Assembly: GCA_951406725.2 (NCBI GenBank)
Contig: OX597818.1
Location: 56,172,001 to 56,236,000, forward strand
DNA from: Octopus vulgaris
Taxonomy: Eukaryota
Reading direction: 5' to 3'
DNA: 64,000 nucleotides
A program made the translations under genes and the position numbers. Shown piece by piece: positions 1-12,951 of this stretch. The notes under the pieces are model-generated. The model was not told where the DNA came from and made no database searches. It worked only from the letters and a program-made list of their open reading frames with translations. Position 1 is the stretch's first letter. Each line of letters begins with the position of its first letter.

Positions 1-385
1 CAGGATAAGTATTTTTTTATAACGGTGATATTCAACATCCAGCAATGTTATTATCAGTTGTGTACAACCATTGTCGATAACAACAAAGGCTGGTGTTAAA
101 TACCACAACACAACAGAAAAACTTATACAAAGATCTCTGAATGAAGTAAGGGAGGTAACTTTGTTCGTACTACCAACCCAACATGTTGATGATCATTGAA
201 TTTGTTCCATAAATCTGACCCGTGGCTAAACAACATTGTTTTCTTAAATTGTTCGTACGGTTGATGTGTAATAGTGGTGTGTCACTTTAGTGTGCGATCT
301 ACCTCGTCACTTACACTTAAGCGTGTAGGCTAAACATTGGTACTACTTGAGAACAGTGATCCCGGTGCGCGCACTCGCGTACTCG

Positions 386-552
386 CGCATCCGCGCTAGC
401 TAGTCATGACTAGTCGACCCTGACTGTTTTTGTGTGTTATTTACTTTAACAAAAATTGTTTACTCAGTGTAAAAAAATTATTTATTTTGTGTTTTATTTA
501 CTTTGCTAAGAGTCGTAGGATCGACTAGTCACGACTAGCTATCGCGGATGCG
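386..552. repeat. CpG-rich inverted repeat (~36-bp arms, ~95-bp AT-rich spacer)
   Basis: Left arm 386-421 cgcatccgcgctagctagtcatgactagtcgaccct matches the reverse complement of 517-552 with 3 mismatches. Confidence 0.85.
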
Positions 553-960
553 ATTTGACTGAGGACTGGCGAACCAGATGGCTGCACCAGGCTCCAATCT
601 GATCTGGCAGGGTTTCTACAGCTGGATGCCCTTTCTAATGCCAACCACTCAGAGAGTGTAGTGGGTGCTTTTACATGCCACCAGCACAAGGGCCAGTCTG
701 GTGGTACTGGCAACAGCCATGCTCAGATGGTGTTTTTTATGTTCCACCTGCACAGGAGAGTCCAGTGGCACTGGCAACGACCTCACTCGAATACTTTTTC
801 ACGTGCCACCGGCACAAGTGCCAGTAAGGAGTCACTAGTAACGATCACGTTCAAATGGTGCTTTTACGTGCCACCACCACAGAAGCCAGTCAGTTGCTCT
901 GGCAACGATCACACTCGGATGGTGCTCTTAGCGCTTTCATTAGCACGGATGCCAGTCATG
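552..960 (-). mobile_element. SINE-like repeat family C (truncated copy with ~60-bp internal sub-repeats)
   Basis: Shares ggctgcaccagg...ctacagctggatgccc..ctaatgccaaccactc with copies at 12.9-13.4, 16.7-17.1, 23.6-23.9, 25.4, 35.4 and 59.8 kb. Confidence 0.8.
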
Positions 961-1156
961 GAATCTGATTTCGATTTCTCTTGCCTCAACAGGTCTTCGC
1001 AAGCAGAGTTTAGGGTCCAAAGGAGGAAAAGGTACGCATAAGCGGGCTGGTTACACCGCTGGCATAAGCAACGAGGTTATGGTCTCACTTGGCTTGCTGG
1101 GTTTTCTCAAACACAGCTTATTTCCATAGGTCACTGTTGAGACAATGATGATTAAA

Positions 1157-1400
1157 ATGTTTACATTATTTACATTTGACGGATATTTGTCCTCATCTTG
1201 TTTGTTGTTAACACAATGTTTCGGCCGATATACCCTCCAGCCTTCATTAGGTGTCTTGGGGAAATTTCAAACCTGGGTTCTTATTCCTAAGGTATTTTTC
1301 AATATCATTATCATTATTATTATTCAGGTCACTGCCTGGAATCGAACTCGGAATCTTGGAGTTAATAGCCCACGCTCTTAACCTCTATGCCATATGCCTG

Positions 1401-1436
<36 letters not shown>

Positions 1437-1612
1437 TCGAAAATACCTTAGGACTGAAAACCCAGTTTTGAAATTTCCCCAAGACACCTGATGAAGGCTG
1501 GAGGGTATATCAGCCGAAACATTGTGTTAACAACAAACAAGATGAGGACAAATATCCATCAAATGTAAATAATGTAAATAATGTACATAATTCCTCATCT
1601 CTTAAATAGAGA
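1157..1612. mobile_element. tRNA-headed Penelope-like short element, head-to-head inverted pair with hammerhead-like motif
   Basis: Minus copy 1398->1157 has A-box tggcatagagg, B-box gttcgattcc, (AAT)n, then the body. A 5'-truncated plus copy spans 1402-1612. Same architecture at 53239-53850. Confidence 0.7.
1483..1528 (+). ncRNA. Minimal type I hammerhead ribozyme-like motif (degenerate stem III)
   Basis: gacac-CTGATGA-a-ggctg(gagggtatat)cagcc-GAAA-ca-TT-gtgtt. Stem I gacac/gtgtt, stem II ggctg/cagcc. Confidence 0.6.
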
Positions 1613-1655
1613 ATTTGTATTATTAAAAGGCAAAGTATGTTAATAACATTAGTCA

Positions 1656-1840
1656 TTAACCCTCTCAGACCAGGGCCCCTGTGCCTAATTTTACCCTCCA
1701 CCCGGAGGGCTCCTGAGCAAAACAATAAATAGTTGCACACACAGCTCAAGAGTAACGATTGCAGGCAAACCAATGGACAGAATCACTAAAAAAATTCACA
1801 ACAATAATAATAATAATAATAAGTAGTAGTAGTAGTAGTT

Positions 1841-1873
<33 letters not shown>

Positions 1874-2220
1874 ATAATAATAACAATAACAATAAGCCTA
1901 TCTCTCAACTACCATATTTGTTCATTGCAGGCAAACCAATGGACAGAATCACAAAGCAAAACAAAAAAAATCAAGAGAATAACAATGATAAGCTTATCTT
2001 TCAAATACCGTATTTGTTCACCTGAATCACTACTTTCCTCAGCTCTTTCATCTGTTTGGTTGTCCAAATCACTCTTATTTCTGGCGTAAATGAAAACCCT
2101 TCATCCAAAGATTTAATCTTCAACAATTTCCTCAACTACAAAGAGTCTAGGCCTTGCTCGTTTACAAGATGAAGTGCTGGGTTCATTACATACTTGTTTT
2201 ATTGCAAAATCATTTTTGAC
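1656..2220 (-). mobile_element. Possible piggyBac-like remnant
   Basis: TTAA-ccctctcagacc terminus at ~1656. Broken minus-strand acidic peptide (NEPSTSSCKRARPRLFVVEEIVED / NKSDLDNQTDERAEESSDS) resembles transposase N-termini. Weak call. Confidence 0.3.
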
Positions 2221-2789
2221 AAGTATTATTCGTAGCCACTTTAACATGGCTGTCCGTTCGAGCAGACTCTACTGCGATTTTTTAACCCCAACAGGACATT
2301 TCCTCTAGCTGGTTAATGATGCACAGATGCATCCAATAAAACTGTGAGCAGGGTAGCAAACCCCTATCATCTAGCAATGGGACCAGTAGACCAGACCAGG
2401 TTTCAGGCTATTTCTGCCACTCCTCAGTACTGGATACCTCATCTGCTAGAGATGATAGCAGCTCACTTCTGCATGCAATATATATTTTTCAAGTGAATGC
2501 ACAATCACAGATTTCTATTTGTCCTATTTTCTATTACAAACAAAAGTAAACAAAGGCTTTGGGGGACACCATTAACAATGAGTCATAAACACACTCGACT
2601 ACAAAGATGCAACATGATCGGTTGCGTCTATTTTTAGTATTTCATCTCCTTTTCCTACATGTGCTGTTCATTACCACTTTAATGGGAACCCAGTAGAGAT
2701 CAAATCTAGCCAGTTCCCACTCTAGCAGGAACACAGCAGCTTAACTTAAGGAACTTGAAACAAGCTTTTTAATGTTATGCTGCAGGGTG

Positions 2790-3000
2790 TGGCACGCCGG
2801 GCAAAATGCTTAGCAGTATTTCGTCTGCCACTCTGTTCTGAGTTCAAATTCCGCTAAGGTCGACTCTGCCTTTCGTCCTTTCGACGTCAATTAATCAAGT
2901 ACCAGTTACGCACTGGGGTCGATATAATTGACTTAATCCGTTTGTCTGTCCTTGTTTGTCCTCTCTGTGTTTAGCCCCTTGTGGGTAGTAAAGAAATAGG
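2790..3000 (+). mobile_element. tRNA-derived SINE family B
   Basis: gcacgccgggcaaaatgcttagc...gagttcaaattccg...tttagccccttgtgggtagtaaagaaata, present in many copies in the window. Confidence 0.85.
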
Positions 3001-3549
3001 TATAATTCTTAAAATAAAGTAGCAAGCTTGGAGTGGATCTGGTTTTTAAAGACAGCTTGCGAAAGCAGTGGACATGTGTAAGTCACATTGGAGTTCCTCA
3101 GTCAATCATATATAACTCAGAAAGTATTAAGGGGACATACAGAAATAGAGGGAACACAGTGGCACCAATTTAACCCTTTTGATACCAATTCATCTGAGAC
3201 TGCACCTGGTTTTATGATAAAAAAACTTCCTGTTTCAAAGTGATCTAAATTTAAACCTTCCAGCAAAAGTTCATTTATGTTCCAAACACAAATTTGGTAA
3301 GGATTGAATTGCCTTACTTAAATTCTTCGTTATTTCCAAAATTAATTGAAACAAAGGTACAGCATATCAAGAGAAATATGTTTTTGTACTCTAGACACAA
3401 GGCCCAAAATTTTTGGGGAAGAGGGGCAGGTCAATTAGATCGACCTCAGTACACAACTGGTTCTTAATTTATCAAACATGAAAGGATGAAAGGCAAAGTC
3501 GACCTTGGTGGAATTTGAACTCAGAACATAAAGACAGACAAAATACTGC

Positions 3550-3760
3550 TGACGAAGACAAACACGACAGTGACGAAGACAACAACGACGATGACGAAGA
3601 TGATGATGAAGATGATGAAGATGATGACGATGACGACGAAAACGAAGACAATGATGACGACAACGATGATGAAGATGACGACGATGACGAAGATGAAAAT
3701 GATGACAATGACAAAGATGACTACATTGATGATGACAATGATAATGATGATAATAACGAT
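3550..3760 (+). repeat. (GAT/GAC/GAA)n trinucleotide low-complexity tract
   Basis: Directly visible; it generates the D/E-rich pseudo-ORF 3515-3793. Confidence 0.95.
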
Positions 3761-4306
3761 CCCATGCCTCACCCACATGCAACCACTTTATGATGGTGGT
3801 TGATTCTGTTTTATAATTGATCGGTCACTGCGTATACCTGCCCAGAAATCTTCAGCATTATTGGTGTATATATCAGTGACAGGATTCACAAAATAACTTA
3901 CAATTCTATGGATTATTGATTCTGGCCAACATTACCAGCAGTCACAGTGCCAGGGTCACTGCAGTTTGCTTGGGACATTCTCAAGACCTCCTCATTTTGT
4001 CAGTCATCATCATCATCATCATATTAACATCCACTGTTCTTTGTTTGCATGGGTCAGACAGCCTATTGAGGCAGGTTTTCTACAGCCAGTGCCCTTCTTG
4101 TCACCAGCCCCCACCTGTTTCCAAGGAAGCTAATATTTCCCCACAGTCAGCCATGTCACAGAATATTGGAAATGGGTAACACTGTTTTTATAACAGTGAT
4201 GCTTAATTTCCAACTTTCATGTGATGCCAAGACAAAATGACACAAACACGCACATCCATTCACAAAGCTTTTGTTGGCCCGTGGCTATAGCAGAAGACAC
4301 TTGCCA
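3690..4306 (+). repeat. 617-bp segment duplicated in inverted orientation at 14142-14759
   Basis: By-eye alignment with the reverse complement of 14142-14759 shows 4 substitutions and one 1-bp indel. Confidence 0.95.
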
Positions 4307-4347
4307 TTGCCCCCAGGGGGCAATACCGCCCACTTTGAGTACCACTG
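4307..4347 (-). mobile_element. Left end of a hAT-Charlie-type MITE split by inversion
   Basis: Minus strand reads cagtggtactcaaagtgggcgg. Flank gtgtagac (4348-4355) is the reverse complement of gtctacac at 14873-14880. Confidence 0.8.
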
Positions 4348-5606
4348 GTGTAGACTATTTACGATGTAAAGGGAGTTAATTTGAAATTGTATTGTTAGTC
4401 TTCATGTAGGTAAGAGGGCTCTGAAAGGGTCTCAGGGAGTAGTATCCCTGCCTTCCTGATCTAGTTTTCCACCACATTTCTTAAAAATTGTGGTAGAGGC
4501 CTTGGGACCACTCATGTCTAGAAACTGGGGTTGGGGGTAAGCAAAGGCATGCTGCCCGTAGAAAATCCAGCTTCAAAAAACCCCTCATGATAGCAAAGGA
4601 GAATGGGTACCAGCCAGCCCAAAGGTTGAGGTGGGCTGCACCTGCCTACCTCGGTTGCTATGGAATTGAGGTAGATCTTGCCACCCCCATTAACGGGGAC
4701 AAAAAGCCGGATTTAAAACACTAGATGATGATGATGATTGTTACTCATAAATGCTACCTGTGTTATTGGTAAACCAGGTGGTGTTAAGTGTATGGAAGTC
4801 TCTAATGTTCTGGGAGTATTGAAGTGTGTGAGTGGGATGTGTGACCATGATGAACTGTTGGTGATGTTGATAGTGGCAAATATATGCTTGTGTTTCATTT
4901 TTTTCTCTTTTGATATCTAGTATAGTACCTTTCCATTACTTTATGAATTCCCTTTGTGGTAATAAATAGAATGAAAATTTTATCTAGTGAGATCTCAACA
5001 GAGATTTGAACCCTAGCTTTCAGATTTTCCCAGTCTAGGACCATAAACTAAAAGTGTCGCCATAAATGTGTCAGCATGAATATAGCTCAAGCAGTCAGCT
5101 TTTGACTGACTTATTACGATTGGTGTGGCAAACTTCATAAGAAGTATGCAAGTTTTCTTGCCGAACAGTTTGACTGAAGTTTCTAGAAGAATAGCTAACA
5201 GTTATAAAAAGACTGGCGAATTCAGCCTAACCAGAGAGCCACTATTTAGGGGGATCAATATTGCTTGTTTCAACAAGTTGTTCTCTCTCCCCGATCTTTC
5301 TCTTTTAATTAACATAATTATGTTGTCGTTAACAATAAGCACTAACATTCACTTATAGTGTTCATTAACACGTGTTAATTATATGCAGTGATTAATTTTC
5401 TTGCCTTACTTCTATTACATTATCCAGCAAGTTGTATACAGAAGATTCCTGACCATTATGTCCATGGAATATTGATCTATTAATTTATTGAATGTAGTTT
5501 TGTAAATATAACGAGGCAGGTTAATAATGCATTAGGAAACTCAATTAATGTAAGTGTGGTCATTGTCTACAAACACAACCTTCCTAATGAGTAAACAGTA
5601 TAAATA

Positions 5607-5839
5607 AGGCGGTCACCTGGCAGAAACATTAGCACGCCGGGTGAAATGCTAAGCGATATTTCGTCTGCCGTTATGTTGTGAGTTCAAATTCCGCCGAGGT
5701 CGACTTTGTCTTTCATCCTTTCGGGGTCGATAAATTAAGTACCAGTTACGCACTGGGGTCGATGTAATCGACTTAATACCTATGTCTGTCCTTGTTTGTC
5801 CCCTCTGTGTTTAGCCCCTTGTGGGTAGTAAAGAAATAA
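5607..5839 (+). mobile_element. SINE family B, near full length
   Basis: ggcggtcacctggcagaaacattagcacgccgg...gtagtaaagaaata. Confidence 0.9.
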
Positions 5840-5915
5840 GTATAAATATGTATATTATGTGGCCACCCTCACAGAAAAAGTGTCATGCTCCTCAAAATGA
5901 CATACTGTTTTTATA

Positions 5916-6287
5916 TCTTTTACTTGTTTCAGTCAGTAGAATGTGGCCATGCTGGGGCACTGCCTTGAAGAACTTTGGTTGAGTGAATCGACCCCAGAAC
6001 TTATTTTTATGCCCGATACTCATTCTATAAGTCACTTTTGCTGAACTGCTAAGTTACAGAGACACAAACACACCAACATCAGTTGTTAAGCAGTTGTGGG
6101 ACCCACGCACACACATGCACAAATATATGACAGGCTTCTTTCAGTTTCCGTCTACCAAATCCACTCAAATCTTCGGTCAGCCTGAGATTATAGTAGAAGA
6201 TATTTGCTAAAGGTGCCATGCAGTAGGATTGAACCTGGAACCATGTGGTTGGAAAGCAAACTTCTTACTGCACAGCCACTCCTGCGC
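5916..6287 (-). mobile_element. tRNA-derived SINE family A (internal TA/TG microsatellite, gtaaaagag tail)
   Basis: Minus-strand head gcgcaggagtggctgtgcagtaag...ggttcaatcctactgc; body matches other family A copies. Confidence 0.85.
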
Positions 6288-6956
6288 ATGCACACACACA
6301 GATGCATGGCTTAGTGGTTAGGGTGTTGCGCTCAAGATTGCGAGATTGTGGTTTCGATTCCCAGACCAAGACTGCATTGTGTTTTTGAGCAAAACACTTC
6401 ATTTTACATTGCACTACAATCATTACATCATCTGACATGTGGCACCTGTTGCACCTGTACAGGTAATGTCGATTTGAAAGAAGGGAGGGAGCTTATGTGA
6501 ACACAAACATTTGATCACTATAAGCAAACCAACTCTGTGTGGCTGTTCGGTAAGACATTGCAGAACACTCATACGTTGTCTAATGATGGGAGGAAAAACA
6601 TGGTAAATGAAGAAATATTACCTAATTTGGAAATGGATGAGGGTTAGCAACAGGAAGGGCGTCCAGCCATACAAAAAAATCTGCCTCCACAAATTCTGTC
6701 TGACCCATGCAAGCATGGAAAAGTGGATATTAAATGATATTCTATTCTTTTCCTTTATAACGATAATAGTGGGGTGCCACATAAAATCACCCATGCAGTG
6801 TCATGTAAAAGCACCCAGTACACTCTGTAGAGTGGTTGGCGTTAGGAAGAGCATCCAGCCGTAGAAACCATGCCAAATTGAATCCAGGTAAAAAAAAAAT
6901 AAGTCACATGTAATACCATCATATATAAAATGTGTTGTCAATATGTACAAGTCTCG

Positions 6957-7600
6957 AGGTAGTGAGCTGCAGACTTGTTAGCATGCTGAATGAAATGCTT
7001 AGTGGTATCCTGTCTGTCTCTTCGTTCTGAGTTCAAATTCCACCGAGGTCGACTTTGCCTTTCATCCTTTCAGGGTCGATAAATTAAGTACCAGTTGCAG
7101 ACTGGGGTTGATCTAATCAACTGACCCCCTCCCTCAAAATTTGGGCCTTGTGCCTAGAGTAGAAAGGAATATGTACAAGTCTCAAGGCAGTGAGCTGGCA
7201 GACACTTGAGGACGCCGGACGAAATGCTTAGCGGTATCCCATCTGTCTTTACATTTCGAGTTCAAATTCCACCGAGGTCGACTTTGCCTTTCATCCTTTC
7301 AGGGTTGATAAATTAAGTACCAGTTACGCACTGGAGTCAATCTAATCACCTGCCCCCCCTCCTAAGATTTCAGGCCTTATGCCTAGAGTAGGAAAGAATA
7401 TTTATATTATCTATGAAGGCGGTGAGCTGGCAGAAACGTTAGCATGCTGGGTGAAATGCTGAGCAGTATTTTGTCTCTCTTTACGTTTTGAGTTCAAATT
7501 CTTCCGAGGTAAATTTTGCCTTTCATCCTTTCAGGGTTGATAAATTAAGTACCAGTTATGTACTGGAGTCAATCTAATCAACTGTCCCCCTCCCCCAAAA
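6957..7600 (+). mobile_element. Three tandem SINE family B-type copies
   Basis: Repeated gagctg(g)cagac/aa...gagttcaaattc...aattaagtaccagtt units at ~6957, ~7186 and ~7418. Confidence 0.85.
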
Positions 7601-8955
7601 TAATACAAGACACTTGCCCAAGGTGCTATGCAGTGGGACTGAACCTGGAACCATGTGGTTGGGATGCAAGCTACTTACCACACAGCCACTCCCTTCTTTC
7701 CTAGACAAAAGTGTTATTTTTTCTGTGACTTTATTATCAGCCAAGGCCAAATCAGACTGGAATCTGGAGCAACTCCCCAGCCTGTCAGCTCTTGTCAAAC
7801 CGTCCAACCCATGCCAGCATGGACAACAAACATTGAATGATGATGATGATTCAAGGGAGATTTGGTTGCTATTTCTAACAGACTCAATGACTAAACAAAG
7901 CCATGCCCCCCCACCGCCCCCAGTTAACTTGTTCTTTTTGTAGTATGGCAGTAGTGTTGTGGTTATTCTTGTGGTTGTGTGGTGTTGGTTGTAGTGTTGT
8001 GAATGACATTGTTGTACATGTGATGCGGTGTTTGCAGTCTGTGGTGGCTGTCTCTCTCACCATAGCAACAGATCATAATAGATAGCTCGCTCTTACACAC
8101 AGTTGCTTGATCACACACTCACAGTATAGCAGTCATACACACACACACACACACACACAATCACACATGTGGTGTAAATAAACACTCACCCACAAATAGT
8201 CTAACACTTATATACACACAGTGGCACTGTTCAACCGATATCCTGTAAACCCACACACACTGGTGCTGATATCCTCTATGTACATAGCAACAGACACACA
8301 CATACTGGTGTAGTGATCTCTCTCTCTCATATCGTTTACTGGTTTCAGTCATTAGACTGCGGCCATGCTGGGGCACTGAGGTACTTTTTATTTTTAAGCC
8401 TGGTCTTTTTCGCTGAACTGCTAAGCTATGGGGACATAAACACACCAACACCAGATGTCAAGTAGTGGTGATGATGGTGATAATGGTGGTGGGAACAAAC
8501 ATAGACACACACACACACACACACACACAGATATATATGTATACAACAAGCTTCCACACAGTTTCTTGTTTCTTTACTACCCACAAGGGGCTAAACACAG
8601 AGAGGACAAACAAGGACAGACAAAGGGATTAAGTCGATTATATTGACCCCAGTGCGTAACTGGTACTTATTTAATTGACCCTGAAAGGATGAAAGGCAAA
8701 GTCGACCTCGGTGGAATTTGAACTCAGAACGTAGCGGCAGACGAAATACCGCTAAGCATTTCGTCCGGCGTGCTAACGTTTCTGCCAGCTCGCTACCTGA
8801 GCTTCCACACAGTTTCTGTTTACCAAATCTACTCACATGGTTTTGGTCAGCCCGAGGCTATAAAAAAAAAACACTTGGCCAGGGTGCCACGCAGTGGGAC
8901 TGAACCTCGAACCACATGGTTGCAAAGCAAACATATTACCACACAGCCATGTTGT

Positions 8956-8991
<36 letters not shown>

Positions 8992-9201
8992 TACACTGAT
9001 GCTAGTATTCTATATACACACAGCGACTCATCCTCCCATGTAGTGATAGACTGTGACATGCACATATACACATACTCACACACACATACATATATACAAA
9101 TACTTACACACTGGTGTACTGATCACTTACATATACACACACATTGCTGCTGATTTTCCCCTATACACCCTGTCTTGTAAACACCCAGTCGCTGGTATTC
9201 C

Positions 9202-9610
9202 TTTATTCTTTTACTTGTTTCAGTCATTTGACTGTGGCCAAGCTGGAGCACCATCTTAAAGGGGGGGTTTTTGTTCAAAGAACTTGACCCCCAGGACTTA
9301 TTCTTTGCAAGCTTGGTACTTATTCTATCGGTCTCTTTTGCCAGACTGCTAAGCTATAGGGGACGTAAACACACCAACATCGGTTGTGAAGCAATGATGG
9401 TTGGGGTACAAATGAGGACATACACACACACACACACATATATATGTATATATACGACAGGCTTCTTACAGTTTCCGTCTACCAAATCCACTCAAAAGGT
9501 TTTGGTAAGCCCAAGGCTACAGCAGAAGACACTTGTTCAAGGTGTCACACAGTGGGACTGAACCCAGAACCATGTGGTTGGTAAGCAAGCTTCTTACCCC
9601 ACAGCCACAC
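9202..9610 (-). mobile_element. SINE family A
   Basis: Homology to other family A copies. Confidence 0.85.
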
Positions 9611-10999
9611 TTGAGCCTTCTATATACACTCACTGGTGTGGTGATATCATCTATATAACATCTAGTAGTATGGTGTTCTTCTCTATAAACATTCACTTGT
9701 ATAGTAATATCATTTACATATATTCATTATTGCAGTAGTTTTCCTATATATACACCCACTCGTGAAATATCCTTTATGTACATATATTGGTGTTGTGATA
9801 TCGCTTATATATCCCCACTTTTGCAGTGATATCATCTGTGTACATCTACAGCTGTACTGACGTCCTCTATATACACCCACTCAGATAGTGATATCACCAA
9901 CATACATTCGCTGGTGTGGTGATATCCTTTACATATGCCAAGTCTGGTGATATCACTTGTCTGCACCACGTGGATATACACACAGCTTGGCTGTTCCATC
10001 AAGTACTCTTCCACCCTACTGCTGTCACTGAAGTGAAACTGTTTGATGCGTCAAGTCACCATGGAAACACTGCAAGTTGGTCTGCATTTCTCTGGATTTT
10101 TAACAATAATTGGTGTGGGTGGTGCAGTGATTGTAATGGTAGTAGTATAAGGGTGAGGTGTTGTGGCTGTAGTTTGTAATGGTGGTGGTGATGGTGGTGG
10201 TATTACATAAGTTGTGATAGTGGTTAAAGCAGTAGTAGTTTTGGTGCTAGTGCACTGGTTGTAGCATAGTGGTGCATTATGGTAATGGTGGTTGTATTCT
10301 ATGGTGTATGTTGTAGTTGTAGTAGTTGTAGTTTTGTAGTGGTTGAAGTGATTGTAGTATATTGATGGTGGTGGCGTTTCACCCCAGGTCAACTCCCATT
10401 AAGCTGACCTATGGCCAAAGGCATTCCACCCATGGCCATCCTGTCTTTTTCCCTTAGTCAGAACACCCATTATCCAAAGTATCATTTTTTTTTTTAAGAT
10501 TATGGAAGTATGATTTGAGATGGATTAGGCTGCTATTTTTAGCAGGTAGGATGACCACGTATGGGATCCCTTGTTTCTATGTGGTGCTGTCTTGTGTCTT
10601 ATGCTTGTTTCAGTTATTGGACTGCGACCATACTGGGGCACCATCTTGAAGGGTTTAGTTGAGCAAATCGATCCCAATACTCATCTGTCTGTAACCCTGG
10701 TACTTATTCTATTGGTCACTTTTACCAAACTGTTAAGTCACAGTGACATGAACAAACCAACACCTGTTGTGAGGTAGTGATGAGTGGGATAAACACAAGC
10801 ATTAAGACACACACGCATACTTATGTATATAGATATGGGCTTCTTTCAGTTTCCATCTCCCAAATCCACTCACAAGGCTTTGGTCAGCCTGAAACTCTAG
10901 TTAGAAGACACTTTTACAAGGTGCCTTACAGTGGGACTGAACCTGGATCCATGTGGTTGGGAGGCAAACTTATCACACAACCATATCTTTATCTATTAA

Positions 11000-11401
11000 C
11001 TAGAAGTATCGCCTGGTGTTGCTCGGGTTTGTTTCGACCCTTTAGAACTGGAATTTTTGAAAAGTAAAAATTTTGCATTATGTAGCTTGTTATTCTCTCT
11101 AAGTGAACGCTTTTCTGGTTGAAATACACCGAAAAATGCCGACACAGCAATAAAAAAATCATAAAAAAAAGTAGGGATTTTCATAGAAAAAAAAAGCACC
11201 TTTTTTATGTAAATAATTTTTGGTGTTAACATGGTCCAATTTGAATTTTTTCTTCTACAGAAGGAAGAGCAAGCCTTCTTCTATCATACTCTCAATTTTG
11301 GTCAACTTGTGCCGCAGGGTCTCGGAGGGAGATAGTGTTAGTTGAAGGCTACCAAACCTACCATACACAGACAACTTCAGCTTTGTATATATATAGAGAG
11401 A
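11000..11401 (-). mobile_element. Non-autonomous Helitron-like element
   Basis: Minus strand: A|TCtctctatatatatacaaagctgaagttg...acaaacccgagcaacaccaggcgatacttCTAG|T. Near-identical to 28481-28867. Confidence 0.8.
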
Positions 11402-11963
11402 TTACTTGGATAATCCCAGGTGTTTAAAATGTTTCATCTCCCTATGGATGGTAAGAAACTCTAGGGAGTACTGAACAGTAGAAGATCTTCCGAAAAGAAA
11501 CTGCCTTCATGCAACTATGTCAGTCCTTAACTCCTTACATTTTTAAAGAGTCCTAGCTGTACCTAGGTCATGACACCTAGAAACCCCTCTATTTCCACAT
11601 TCTTTGCTATTGCCTACATAAGTGGTTCTCAACCATTTTTTAAAATCTTTGAACCCCTTTGCTTACTATTTTATTCAGGTGGGATCCCGATAGCCATTCG
11701 ATGTTTAAAAACTAGTTTTTTTAGAAATGTCTTTCAAAATTCCTATTTTGTTTTTCACACATTAACTTGTGTAGGTTGATCTATGTAAAACATTAGAGAA
11801 AAAACCCGAATTGTTTCTAGTATTGTTAAATGTATTTTCTAAGAATGGATCGCAAGAAATGAAGGTGAAAAATTTGCTGATGTTGCTTGTGGTTAGAATG
11901 GTACATGTGGGAGGTTTTGGTTCCTGAAGCCTTTGCATGTTCTGTGTTAAGTTACTCTGTTAG

Positions 11964-12667
11964 TCTTTTACTTGTTTCAGTCATGTGACTGTGGCCATGC
12001 TAGAGCACCGCCTTTAGTCGAGCAAATCGACCCCAAGACTTATTCTTTGTAAGCCTAGTACTTATTCTATCGGTCCCTTTTACCAAACCACTAAGTTATG
12101 GGGACGTAAACACACCAGAATCAGTTGTCAAGTGATGTTGGGGGGGCAAACACACACACACACACACATTATATATATATATATATATACAACAGGCTTT
12201 TTTCAGTTTCCCTCTACCAAATCCACTCACAAGGCTTTGGTTGGCCCAACATCATAAGCGGAAAGTGTAACCTCTCGATAGAGCTGTTCTTCACTCCTGC
12301 TCCAGAACATCGGCTGCGGGGTCACTCTGAAAAGATCTATCTGCGACGATTTCATCTCAATCGAAGGAGAGGGGCTTCCTCCGTCCAGGTTGCGGATCCG
12401 TGGAATAAGCTGCCAGACGAGATAGTGAAGATGCCAACGACTGCTTGGTTCAAAGTCTCCCTTGACCACAAATGGCCTGAATTCTTTGCATGAACATCAC
12501 CCTGTACATAACTCCATGTCCCCCTACATGGCCTTGCTTTTTGCTTTTTGAGCCAAAAAATTAACTTAACTTAGAAGACACTTGCCCAAGGTGCCACGCA
12601 GTGGGACTGAACCCGGAATCATGCGGTTTGTAAGCAAGCTTCTTACCACACAGCCACTCCTGCACCT
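11964..12667 (-). mobile_element. SINE family A interrupted by a CR1-type LINE fragment
   Basis: Family A sequence stops at ...ggttggccc (12247) and resumes at tagaagacacttgccc (~12572). Confidence 0.85.
12248..12571 (+). mobile_element. CR1/L2-clade LINE 3' fragment
   Basis: ORF 12125-12493 C-terminal part LRGHSEKI...RRRG...WNKLPDEIV...FKVSLD is the typical CR1 ORF2 end; (aactt)n tail. Confidence 0.8.
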
Positions 12668-12951
12668 ATGGTGAAGTTGGTGAAGAATGTTGCCGTTTGG
12701 TGTGATTGTTGTCTTTTAGCTCCATGTTAGAGTCGATGGAACACATTCAAAGGTATTTCAGCCGTGACCTTTGTGTCTTTGGAGAAATCTAGAACCAGAT
12801 TATTCAGAAACACAATTTTATTGTTTTAGTACCTCTTATTTTGTGATGATTCAGCATGGATGATCCACAGATGAAAACATTGAACAATTTAGCACCTGAC
12901 CCTGTTTTGTAGTTGTTATAAGTTAATTGTATTGTTGTCAATGATAAACCA

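Noticed and set aside
3515-3793. Acidic D/E-rich 92-aa ORF
   Set aside because: Starts inside a SINE B copy and runs through a (GAT)n tract; no domain or splice support.
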